DNA from: an uncultured Bacilli bacterium
Lineage (GTDB): Bacteria > Bacillota_I > Bacilli_A > RF39 > UBA660
Assembly (NCBI GenBank): GCA_934141145.1
Contig: CAKPCA010000004.1
Span: 802 to 64,801, forward strand
Length of the DNA: 64,000 bases
Direction of reading: 5' to 3'
The position numbers and the translations under genes were made by a program. Position 1 is the first letter of the stretch; the number at the start of each line of letters is the position of its first letter. Below are positions 29,595 to 37,298 of this stretch, piece after piece. The notes below the pieces were generated by a model. That model made no database searches. It saw only the letters and a list, made by a program, of their open reading frames with translations, and was not told the origin of the DNA.

Positions 29595-31349
29595 CTACTT
29601 CTCCTCTAATATAGCCTTAATTCTTCTAACACCAGCAGAACTTGCTTCTTCTTTTTTTATCTTAAAGTGACCAAGTTCACTTGTATTATTAACATGTGGT
29701 CCTCCACATAATTCCTTTGAAACATCTCCAATACTATAAACTGTTACAATGTCAGGATATTTCTCAATAAACATACATTCAGCACCTGATTTAATTGCTT
29801 CTTCTTTACTCATTTCTTTTTTAGTTACAGGTAGACCCTCATCTATCCATTTATTAACTAAATCTTCTGCATTCTTCTTTTCTTCATCTGTTAATTTATG
29901 ATCACAAGAAAAATCAAAACGCATTCTTTCATCAGTTATATTAGATCCTTTTTGATGTACATCTTTATTAATAACTACTTTTAATGCTGCATTAAGAAGA
30001 TGAGTTGCTGTATGATATTTAGTTTCTATTTCACTGTTACCAGCAAGTCCACCTTTAAACTTACCAGCAGATGCTGTTCTAGATAATTCTTGATGTGCTT
30101 TAAATTTTTCATAGAAACCTTTTTCATCTACAGTAAGTCCTCTTTCTTTTGCAAGTTCTAAAGTAAGTTCAATTGGAAAACCATAAGTATCATATAATTT
30201 AAATGCTAAATCTTTGTTTATTTCATTTTCATTTAAATTTTTAACAATTTTTTCAAATTCTCTAAGTCCTTTTTCAAGTGTACGACTAAATTTAATTTTT
30301 TCATTTTTAAGTACTTCCATAACTACATTTTCATTTGTACTTAACTCACTATAATATTTTTTATATTCATCTATTATATTTTTAGCAATTTCACTTTCCC
30401 AGTTACTATTAATATCTATATCTATCATTTTTGCATATCTAATTGCTCTTCTAATTAATCTTCTAAGTATATAACCTTGGTCTGTATTACTTGGTTTAAT
30501 ACCTGCTGGATCACTTGAAATAAATACTGCTGCTTTAATATGATCAGCAATTATTCTAAATGCTTTTTCATTACCATAATAACTTTTACCTGATATTTCT
30601 TCTATCTTCTTTATAGTACCTTTCCATATACTTGATTCATAGTTATCATTAACTCCTTCAAGTACTGCTGTTATTCTTTCGAGTCCCATACCTGTATCAA
30701 CATTTTTCTTAGGAAGTACTACTAAAGTTCCATCTTCTTTTCTTTCATATTGCATAAATACATTATTCCATATTTCAACCCATCTATCATCATCTGGATC
30801 AAATGTTTCTGGAATTTCATCATCACTTCTAAAATAGAATATTTCAGTATCTGTTCCACATGGTCCAACTTCTCCTGCACTCCAGAAATTATCTTCACTA
30901 GTTTTTGCTATTCTTTCTTGTTTTATTCCATGACTTAACCAATAATTTTCACTTTCAATATCTTCTTCTAATACATCATTACCTTTAAATACAGTAACTG
31001 CAAGTCTTTCAATTGGAATATTAAGTACTTTAGTCAAAAATTCAAAACTATATTCTATACTTTCTTTTTTAAAATAATCACCTAAAGACCAGTTACCAAG
31101 CATTTCAAAGAATGTATGATGAGTTACATCTCCAACTTCATCTAAGTCATTTGTTCTAATACATTTTTGATAATCACAAAGTCTTGTTCCATATGGATGA
31201 ACTTCCCCCATTAAATATGGTACAAGTGGCTGCATACCTGCAGTATTAAATAATACTGATGGATCATTTTCTGGTACAACTGGCGCACTAGGTATTTGTT
31301 TATGTCCTTTACTTACAAAAAATTCTATATATTTATCTCTTATATTCAT
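29595..31349 (-). CDS. alaS: Alanine--tRNA ligase, short form (584 aa)
   Basis: The class IIc core is FFVSKGHKQIPSAPVV...DPSVLFNTAGMQP...KCIRTNDLDEVGD..HHTFFEMLGNWSLGDYFK. The editing domain has HTATHLLNAALK and CGGPHV. The protein ends right after the editing domain. Confidence 0.85.
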   Translation of the reverse strand: MNIRDKYIEFFVSKGHKQIPSAPVVPENDPSVLFNTAGMQPLVPYLMGEVHPYGTRLCDYQKCIRTNDLDEVGDVTHHTFFEMLGNWSLGDYFKKESIEYSFEFLTKVLNIPIERLAVTVFKGNDVLEEDIESENYWLSHGIKQERIAKTSEDNFWSAGEVGPCGTDTEIFYFRSDDEIPETFDPDDDRWVEIWNNVFMQYERKEDGTLVVLPKKNVDTGMGLERITAVLEGVNDNYESSIWKGTIKKIEEISGKSYYGNEKAFRIIADHIKAAVFISSDPAGIKPSNTDQGYILRRLIRRAIRYAKMIDIDINSNWESEIAKNIIDEYKKYYSELSTNENVVMEVLKNEKIKFSRTLEKGLREFEKIVKNLNENEINKDLAFKLYDTYGFPIELTLELAKERGLTVDEKGFYEKFKAHQELSRTASAGKFKGGLAGNSEIETKYHTATHLLNAALKVVINKDVHQKGSNITDERMRFDFSCDHKLTDEEKKNAEDLVNKWIDEGLPVTKKEMSKEEAIKSGAECMFIEKYPDIVTVYSIGDVSKELCGGPHVNNTSELGHFKIKKEEASSAGVRRIKAILEEK

Positions 31350-31366
31350 TTTAATTACCTTCTTTC

Positions 31367-32689
31367 TTATAAATTCATTTTTCTTTCTTCTTTATATTTA
31401 TTATAATCATATTTTTCTAGTAATTCTTGTTTTTTTATTCCATATGATTTTTCAAATTGTTTTTGTACAATAAATAATTTTCTATAATTATTCATATCTA
31501 TATCAATTCCTTTATCTTTATAAAATGAATATCTTGCATAACTTAAATTTATACTTTGCATTAATTTTTTTGAATCAATAACTGCAAGTTCATGCATATC
31601 AATAAAATCATAAAATTCTATTTTTTGTTTAATATTTTCTATTGATAAACCATAAATCGCAGGGAAAGCTTTTGTCATCTTGATTACTTCTTCTTTGGTG
31701 TAACCTAATACAATTATATCAGATATTTTTTGCTTCATATTTTCTATTGATAAACTATAAATTGCAGGTGAAGTTTTTGTCATCTTGATTACTTCTTCTT
31801 TGGTATAACCTAAAGCAATCATATCTTCTATTTTTTGTTTAACATTTTCTATTGAATAACCATAAATTGCAGGTAAACTTTTTGTCATCTTGATTACTTC
31901 TTCTTTGGTATAACCTAATGCAATTATATCTTCTATTTTTTGTTTAATATTCTCTATTGAATAACTATAAATTGCAGGTAAAGTTTTTGTCATTTTGATT
32001 ACTTCTTTTTTGGTATAACCTAAAGCAATCATATCTTCTATTTTTTGTTTAATATTTTCTATTGAATAACTATAAATTGCAGGTAAAGTTTTTGTCATCT
32101 TGATTACTTCTTCTTTGGTGTAACCTAATACAATTATATCATCTATTTTTTGCTTCATATTTTCTATTGAATGACTATAAATTGCAGGTGAAGTTTTTGT
32201 CATTTTGATTACTTCTTCTTTACTGTAACCTAATGCAATTATATCATCTATTTTTTGCTTCATATTTTCTATTGAATGACTATAAATTGCAGGTGAAGTT
32301 TTTGTCATCCTGATTACTTCTTCTTTGGTGTATCCTAGGTCAATCATATCTTCTATTTTTTGTTTAATATTTTCTATTGAATAATTATAAATTGAAGGTA
32401 AACTTTTTGTCATTTTAATTACTTCTTTTTTGGTATAACCTAAAGCAATCATATCTTCTATTTTTTGCTTCATATTTTCTATTGATAAACCATAAATTGC
32501 AGGTAAAGTTTTTGTCATTTTTATTACTTCTTCTTTTGTATAACCCATTTTAAGAAGATAATCAAAATTATCTTTTAACTTTTTTATTAAGGTTTCATCC
32601 TTTATACCAATTATTACATGATTATTTCTTATTATTTCATATTCCTCTTCGGTATATCCTAATTTTATAAATTCTTCCTTTAATGTCAT
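31367..32689 (-). CDS. Helical-repeat protein with nine tandem 35-aa mTERF-like motifs
   Basis: The preferred start is the ATG at 32689 behind the RBS AGGTGG. There are nine near-identical units of the form GYTKEEVIKMTKTLPAIYSYSIENIKQKIEDMIAL. The pattern LG.s.EEv..m....P.I...S.EN.k.K.e..i.LG resembles the mTERF motif. Its stop is 17 nt upstream of the alaS start. Confidence 0.55.
   Translation of the reverse strand: MTLKEEFIKLGYTEEEYEIIRNNHVIIGIKDETLIKKLKDNFDYLLKMGYTKEEVIKMTKTLPAIYGLSIENMKQKIEDMIALGYTKKEVIKMTKSLPSIYNYSIENIKQKIEDMIDLGYTKEEVIRMTKTSPAIYSHSIENMKQKIDDIIALGYSKEEVIKMTKTSPAIYSHSIENMKQKIDDIIVLGYTKEEVIKMTKTLPAIYSYSIENIKQKIEDMIALGYTKKEVIKMTKTLPAIYSYSIENIKQKIEDIIALGYTKEEVIKMTKSLPAIYGYSIENVKQKIEDMIALGYTKEEVIKMTKTSPAIYSLSIENMKQKISDIIVLGYTKEEVIKMTKAFPAIYGLSIENIKQKIEFYDFIDMHELAVIDSKKLMQSINLSYARYSFYKDKGIDIDMNNYRKLFIVQKQFEKSYGIKKQELLEKYDYNKYKEERKMNL
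31601..32545 (-). repeat. Nine in-frame tandem copies of a 105-bp coding repeat
   Basis: Direct reading shows a 105-nt periodicity, for example the recurring ttgtcat(c/t)ttgattacttcttctttggt(g/a)taacctaa. Confidence 0.85.
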
Positions 32690-32705
32690 TTTATCCACCT
32701 ACTTT

Positions 32706-33101
32706 TTATATTTCATTAAATATTATCGAGTTTGAGTCTAAATCATCTATTATATCTTCTAATTCTTCGCCACTATCTAATCTACTATTTATATACTTTT
32801 CTATTTCAAATACTTCTAAATTTAATATATATGGATTTGAATCAAACAATATATTTAACATATCAAACCCATATGATTTTAATTTATTTATTAATCTTAA
32901 TATACCATCATTTGTTCTATCCAAATACATTGGATTACTGCTGATAATATTTATTACTTGATTTTCATCACAATTAACTTTTTCTAATATTATTTCTTTT
33001 TCTTTTATTTCCTTTTCACTCATTTCTGATATAGAAGGAACTAATTCTAACATATTTTTTATTGTATTTTCACTTATACCTATTCTATATAATTCTTCCA
33101 T
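32706..33101 (-). CDS. Small divergent mTERF-like repeat protein (about 131 aa)
   Basis: The likely start is MEELYRIGISENTIKNMLELVPSI... at 33101. About three degenerate motifs follow (G.SENTIKNML.L.P.I, NQVINIISSNPMYL, GFDMLNILFDSNPYIL). Confidence 0.4.
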   Translation of the reverse strand: MEELYRIGISENTIKNMLELVPSISEMSEKEIKEKEIILEKVNCDENQVINIISSNPMYLDRTNDGILRLINKLKSYGFDMLNILFDSNPYILNLEVFEIEKYINSRLDSGEELEDIIDDLDSNSIIFNEI

Positions 33102-34545
33102 TTTCTTTTTTCCTTTCTTCTTTATATTTATTATAATCATATTTTTCTAGTAATTCTTGTTTTTTTATTCTATATGATTTTTCAAATTGTTTTTGATTGA
33201 TAAATAATTTTCTATAATTATTCATATCTATATCAATTTCTTTATCTTTATAAAATGAATATCTTGCATAACTTAAATTTACACTTTGCATCAAAATTTT
33301 TGAATCAATAACTGCAAGCTTATGCATATTGATTGAATCATAAAATTCTATCTTTTGTTTAATATTTTCTATTGATAAACTATAAATTGAAGGAAAAGCT
33401 TTGGTCATCTTGATTACTTCTTCTCTAGTGTATCCTAATGCAATTATATCTTCTATCTTTTGTTTAATATTTTCTATTGATAAACTATAAATTGTAGGTA
33501 AGCTTTTTGTCATCTTGATTACTTCTTCTTTGGTGTATCCTAATGCAATCATATCTTCTATCTTTTGTTTAATATTTTCTATTGATAAACTATAAATTGA
33601 AGGTAAAGTTTTTGTCATCTTAATTACTTCTTCTTTGGTGTATCCTAATGCAATCATATCTTCTATCTTTTGTTTAATATTTTCTATTGATAAACGATAA
33701 ATTGCAGATAAAGTTTTTGTCATTTTTATTACTTCTTCTTTTGTATAACCCATTTTAAGAAGATAATCAAAATTATCTTTTAACTTTTTTATTAAGGTTT
33801 CATCCTTTATACCAATTATTACATGATTATTTCTTATTATTTCATATTCTTCTTCAGTATATCCTAATTTTATAAATTCTTCCTTTAATGTCATTTTAGT
33901 TTTTTTCTTCACAATATCTATTATTTTATTTACTACTTCATCAATAGTCATATTACTAGTATCGATATATATTTGATCATCTGTTTTCTTTAGTGCTCCA
34001 ACTTTTTTATGCATATCATTATAATCTCTTTTAGCAATATTATCTCTTATTTCACTTTCATTCATATCAATGCCTTTTTCTTTATTTTGTTGAAGTCTTC
34101 TTTTTACTCTTTCATCTAAAGATGCATCAAGGTAAAATTTAAAGTCAGCATTTGGAAATACTACTGTTGTAATATCTCTACCTTCCATTATTACATTTTT
34201 ACCTTTAGCCATATTTCTTTGAAGAGCTACTAAGTTTTCTCTTACTTTTTCTATGCTTGATACCTCAGATACTATTTTAGTAACATCTTTTTCTCTAATT
34301 CTATCAGTTACTTCTTCTTTATTTAAAAATACTCTAGAGTCTTCTGTTAAATTTATATCAACATTTTTTGATATTTCTATAATTTTATCAGTTTCTTCTA
34401 AGTTTACTCCTTCTTTTAACATTTCAAGTGCAACACATCTATAAGTTGCTCCTGTATCAATATTAACTAAATTTAATTTTTTTGAAACTAAACTTGCGAT
34501 AGTTCCTTTCCCACTTCCAGCAGGTCCATCAATTGCGATTATCAT
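33085..34545 (-). CDS. cmk: Cytidylate kinase fused in frame to four mTERF-like 35-aa repeats and the shared C-terminal domain
   Basis: From the ATG at 34545 (RBS GGAGGTG) it reads MIIAIDGPAGSGKGTIASLVSKKLNLVNIDTGATYRCVAL..., which is Cmk. No stop codon occurs before KKKTK-MTLKEEFIKLGYTEEEYE..., which is nearly nucleotide-identical to the start of 31367..32689. The internal ATG at 33894 has no obvious RBS. Confidence 0.75.
   Translation of the reverse strand: MIIAIDGPAGSGKGTIASLVSKKLNLVNIDTGATYRCVALEMLKEGVNLEETDKIIEISKNVDINLTEDSRVFLNKEEVTDRIREKDVTKIVSEVSSIEKVRENLVALQRNMAKGKNVIMEGRDITTVVFPNADFKFYLDASLDERVKRRLQQNKEKGIDMNESEIRDNIAKRDYNDMHKKVGALKKTDDQIYIDTSNMTIDEVVNKIIDIVKKKTKMTLKEEFIKLGYTEEEYEIIRNNHVIIGIKDETLIKKLKDNFDYLLKMGYTKEEVIKMTKTLSAIYRLSIENIKQKIEDMIALGYTKEEVIKMTKTLPSIYSLSIENIKQKIEDMIALGYTKEEVIKMTKSLPTIYSLSIENIKQKIEDIIALGYTREEVIKMTKAFPSIYSLSIENIKQKIEFYDSINMHKLAVIDSKILMQSVNLSYARYSFYKDKEIDIDMNNYRKLFINQKQFEKSYRIKKQELLEKYDYNKYKEERKKENGRII
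33331..33750 (-). repeat. Four in-frame tandem copies of the same 105-bp coding repeat
   Basis: Same unit as 31601-32545. The flanks 33721-33898 and 32515-32692 differ at only about 2 positions over roughly 175 nt by direct comparison. Confidence 0.85.
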
Positions 34546-34561
34546 AAAACACCTCCATATA

Positions 34562-34780
34562 TAAAAAGGATAGTACATTACCCATTTAAGGAGTGCATAT
34601 GCACGGTACCATCCTTTTATTTACTTAATTATTTTAACGACTATTTAAGCCGGCATAAAGCATCTCCAGTAGTAGCGCTTTCATTAATAATTAATATTAG
34701 TTTTTCACCAATCACTAACTCTCTATAAATAATTATTAATTACTTTCTACTTTCATAGAATTTAAAACTATAAAAAATAC
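34562..34780 (-). promoter_or_regulatory. T-box leader (tRNA-sensing riboswitch) with probable alanine specifier, plus its promoter
   Basis: On the minus strand there is an extended -10 TGTTATAAT (34795-34787). The stem I elements are AGAGAGTTAGTGATTGGTGAAAAAC. A specifier-loop candidate TGAAA-GCG-C has GCG at 34678-34676, and GCU overlaps it at 34676-34674. The T-box sequence is AAAGGATGGTACCGTGC (34600-34620). The terminator pairs AAAGGATGGTAC with GTACTATCCTTT (34617-34565) and is followed by TTTTATAT. The cmk RBS and ATG come next. Confidence 0.7.
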
Positions 34781-34827
34781 AAATATATTATAACAAAAAT
34801 TAAATAATATATCTACATAAAAAGATA

Positions 34828-37194
34828 TTATTTTTTAATAATATCCTTATTTTTACTTTCTTTCATAGAAATATATGTTATTAAACTAACACCTATAAAT
34901 AATATACTAAATACAAGTACTAAACTATTTTGAACTTCAAAGAATAAGAATATAGTTGTGATTAATAATGTAACACATCCAAATGTAACAAATGGACTGT
35001 CTTTTTTAGTCAAACCAATTATTACATACACAACAGATAATATTAAACTGTATATGTAAAGTACTGTATCATCATGAATGTTAGTTATTATTGTAATATA
35101 AAGCATTGATAGCAATACTAATTCAAATACATATTTTAGGGCACTATCTTTAAATTTAATAACTTTTTCACCAAATATTAATATATAAACAATTAATGGT
35201 GTAATAGCAAATTCTAAGTTATAATTTGCAATTGCATCTATATTTCCTACTAATGAATAATATGGAATAAGTATTACTGGTGTATAGCAAATTAATTTTC
35301 TATCTGTTTCTACTCTCATTAAGAACATTATTGTTAATATTATTACAAATGTTACAAGCGATAATATTGATGAAATAACAGTTATATCTATGAAGCATCT
35401 AAATAAATTATATATTATAAAGAATCCTAATAATGTATATAAGTATCTAAATATAAATGCTAAATCTTTATTTCTAAATGTATTATAATATATAAATGCA
35501 TAACCTAATACATTAAAGCAAACTCCCATTATTTTGTAATCTTTGAAATTTTCCATTGATGCTAAAACAATAGAAACTATTCCAAGTATTTCAAATACTT
35601 TACTATTTAATTTTTTTACATTTTTAGTAACTAAGCTTATAAATGTAAATAGTACAGCAAATGATACAAATATATAATATGATTGTACATCCATTTTTAT
35701 AAATAATATAAATAAATTAACTATAGTACCGATAAGTAAGAAGTTTCTAACACCTGGTTTATCATCAAAATATAATTTTAATATAAAGTAATAAATCCAT
35801 ATTACTTCGTGTACTATATTTACAAGCATATTATTACCAGATAAGAATAATGATGATATTATTATAAATATATATGATAATATTTCATATGCTATACACA
35901 TTTTACTTTTTCTTGTCTTTAAAACTACATAGATTAATGAATACATAACACTTGCGACTAAACAAATATATTCATTACTAGTTATAGATAACATCTTGAC
36001 TAAAGATAATACTACAAAGAAGATATCAAACATTATATAACTATTTAATATAGCTTTATAAGTCTTACTTATTTCTATTTTATATGTAAATATATTAGAT
36101 GCAAGAACTACACCAAAACATATAAGTGACAATACATAACCGTAATTAAGTGATACACTAAGTATAATTAATAATGTAATTGTACTAAATATATATGTAA
36201 CTATTTTAAATAATTTGTTATTTAATAAATAACTAATAAAGAATTGTAATAATACTACTGATATAGACATAAATATTGAGATATTATTATAATCTTCTAA
36301 TACATAATTAGTAAGTAATAATAAAACTAATATAATAAATGGTGGCATTATCATATTAAATGCACTATTCTTTGATTTAAATAAAATAATATATGATGAT
36401 AGAATATAAACTATACAATCGATAATTATAAATATATTTAAATCAGAATCCTCAAAGAATAAGAAAACTATAATAGGAATAACCATAATAACTAATAACA
36501 CTCTAATATATTTTCTAAATGTACTTGAGATATTATTTTCTTTAAATAATGTTATTACTTGTAATATTAAGTTAAATATAATAATTGATGTAAATGGTAT
36601 CGCATAACTTAATACATCATCATACCAAACATTATTGTTAATTAATTTGTATGCATATAAAGATATTTCTAAAGCAAAAGCATTTAAAAATATGTACGAA
36701 AAATATAGATATGCTTTTGTTTTAGTAAATTTATAACTAATAATATAAATAATACTACATACTAAAAACGAAATAGCAAGATATATAAATATATTTGCGC
36801 CTTCTAAGAAACTTCCTAATAATTCGTTGCTAGTTAAAAGACAAAGTATAATTGGAACTAAAAGTACTCCTATCATATAAAGAGCTTTATAACCATAATC
36901 TGTTTTCTTCTTTAATATTATGGATGTATAAATAAATACAATTGATTCAACGCTTAAAAATATAACCTTAAATAACATGGATATATTATTAAATGAGAAT
37001 AAAGAAAATATTAAACTTGCTATTATTATAAGAGCAAGACCAGTATTTAATAAAATCTTTTGGTTTTTAACTTCCCTTTTCTTAATATTTTTTTCTTTTA
37101 TTTTTTCAATACCTAACCTAGTAGGTTTACCACATTTTGGACAAAAGTTACTATTTTCATTTAACTTGCATCCACAATTACCACAATAATTCAC
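34828..37194 (-). CDS. Zinc-ribbon domain-containing polytopic membrane protein (788 aa)
   Basis: It has a GTG start behind AAGAAGGTGA. The N-terminus reads NYCGNCGCKLNENSNFCPKCGKP (CxxC...CxxC), followed by about 20 predicted TM helices. I recognised no other motif. Confidence 0.5.
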   Translation of the reverse strand: MNYCGNCGCKLNENSNFCPKCGKPTRLGIEKIKEKNIKKREVKNQKILLNTGLALIIIASLIFSLFSFNNISMLFKVIFLSVESIVFIYTSIILKKKTDYGYKALYMIGVLLVPIILCLLTSNELLGSFLEGANIFIYLAISFLVCSIIYIISYKFTKTKAYLYFSYIFLNAFALEISLYAYKLINNNVWYDDVLSYAIPFTSIIIFNLILQVITLFKENNISSTFRKYIRVLLVIMVIPIIVFLFFEDSDLNIFIIIDCIVYILSSYIILFKSKNSAFNMIMPPFIILVLLLLTNYVLEDYNNISIFMSISVVLLQFFISYLLNNKLFKIVTYIFSTITLLIILSVSLNYGYVLSLICFGVVLASNIFTYKIEISKTYKAILNSYIMFDIFFVVLSLVKMLSITSNEYICLVASVMYSLIYVVLKTRKSKMCIAYEILSYIFIIISSLFLSGNNMLVNIVHEVIWIYYFILKLYFDDKPGVRNFLLIGTIVNLFILFIKMDVQSYYIFVSFAVLFTFISLVTKNVKKLNSKVFEILGIVSIVLASMENFKDYKIMGVCFNVLGYAFIYYNTFRNKDLAFIFRYLYTLLGFFIIYNLFRCFIDITVISSILSLVTFVIILTIMFLMRVETDRKLICYTPVILIPYYSLVGNIDAIANYNLEFAITPLIVYILIFGEKVIKFKDSALKYVFELVLLSMLYITIITNIHDDTVLYIYSLILSVVYVIIGLTKKDSPFVTFGCVTLLITTIFLFFEVQNSLVLVFSILFIGVSLITYISMKESKNKDIIKK

Positions 37195-37263
37195 AAAATC
37201 ACCTTCTTATTAATATATATTTATTATATAACAAATATATCAAAATGAAAAGAAATATTAAAA

Positions 37264-37284
37264 AAAGATACCAATAGTATCTTT
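37264..37284 (-). terminator. Rho-independent terminator after the second pilin-like gene
   Basis: The minus strand reads AAAGATAC-TATTG-GTATCTTT followed by TTTTAATATTT. Confidence 0.6.
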
Positions 37285-37298
37285 AATTTAATATTTAA

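Noticed and set aside
31601-33750. Highly regular 105-bp tandem repeats, which could be mistaken for a CRISPR array or satellite DNA.
   Set aside because: There are no unique spacers. The repeats are contiguous, in frame and translate to a coherent 35-aa protein repeat inside long ORFs.
34546-34578. N-terminal extensions of the cmk ORF (MYYPFYIWRCF) and, similarly, of the HD-domain ORF (45937..45996), sigG (26116..26166), xseA, nusB and rpmI.
   Set aside because: These extensions run through T-box terminators or upstream gene ends. In each case an internal ATG with a good RBS coincides with the start of family homology.
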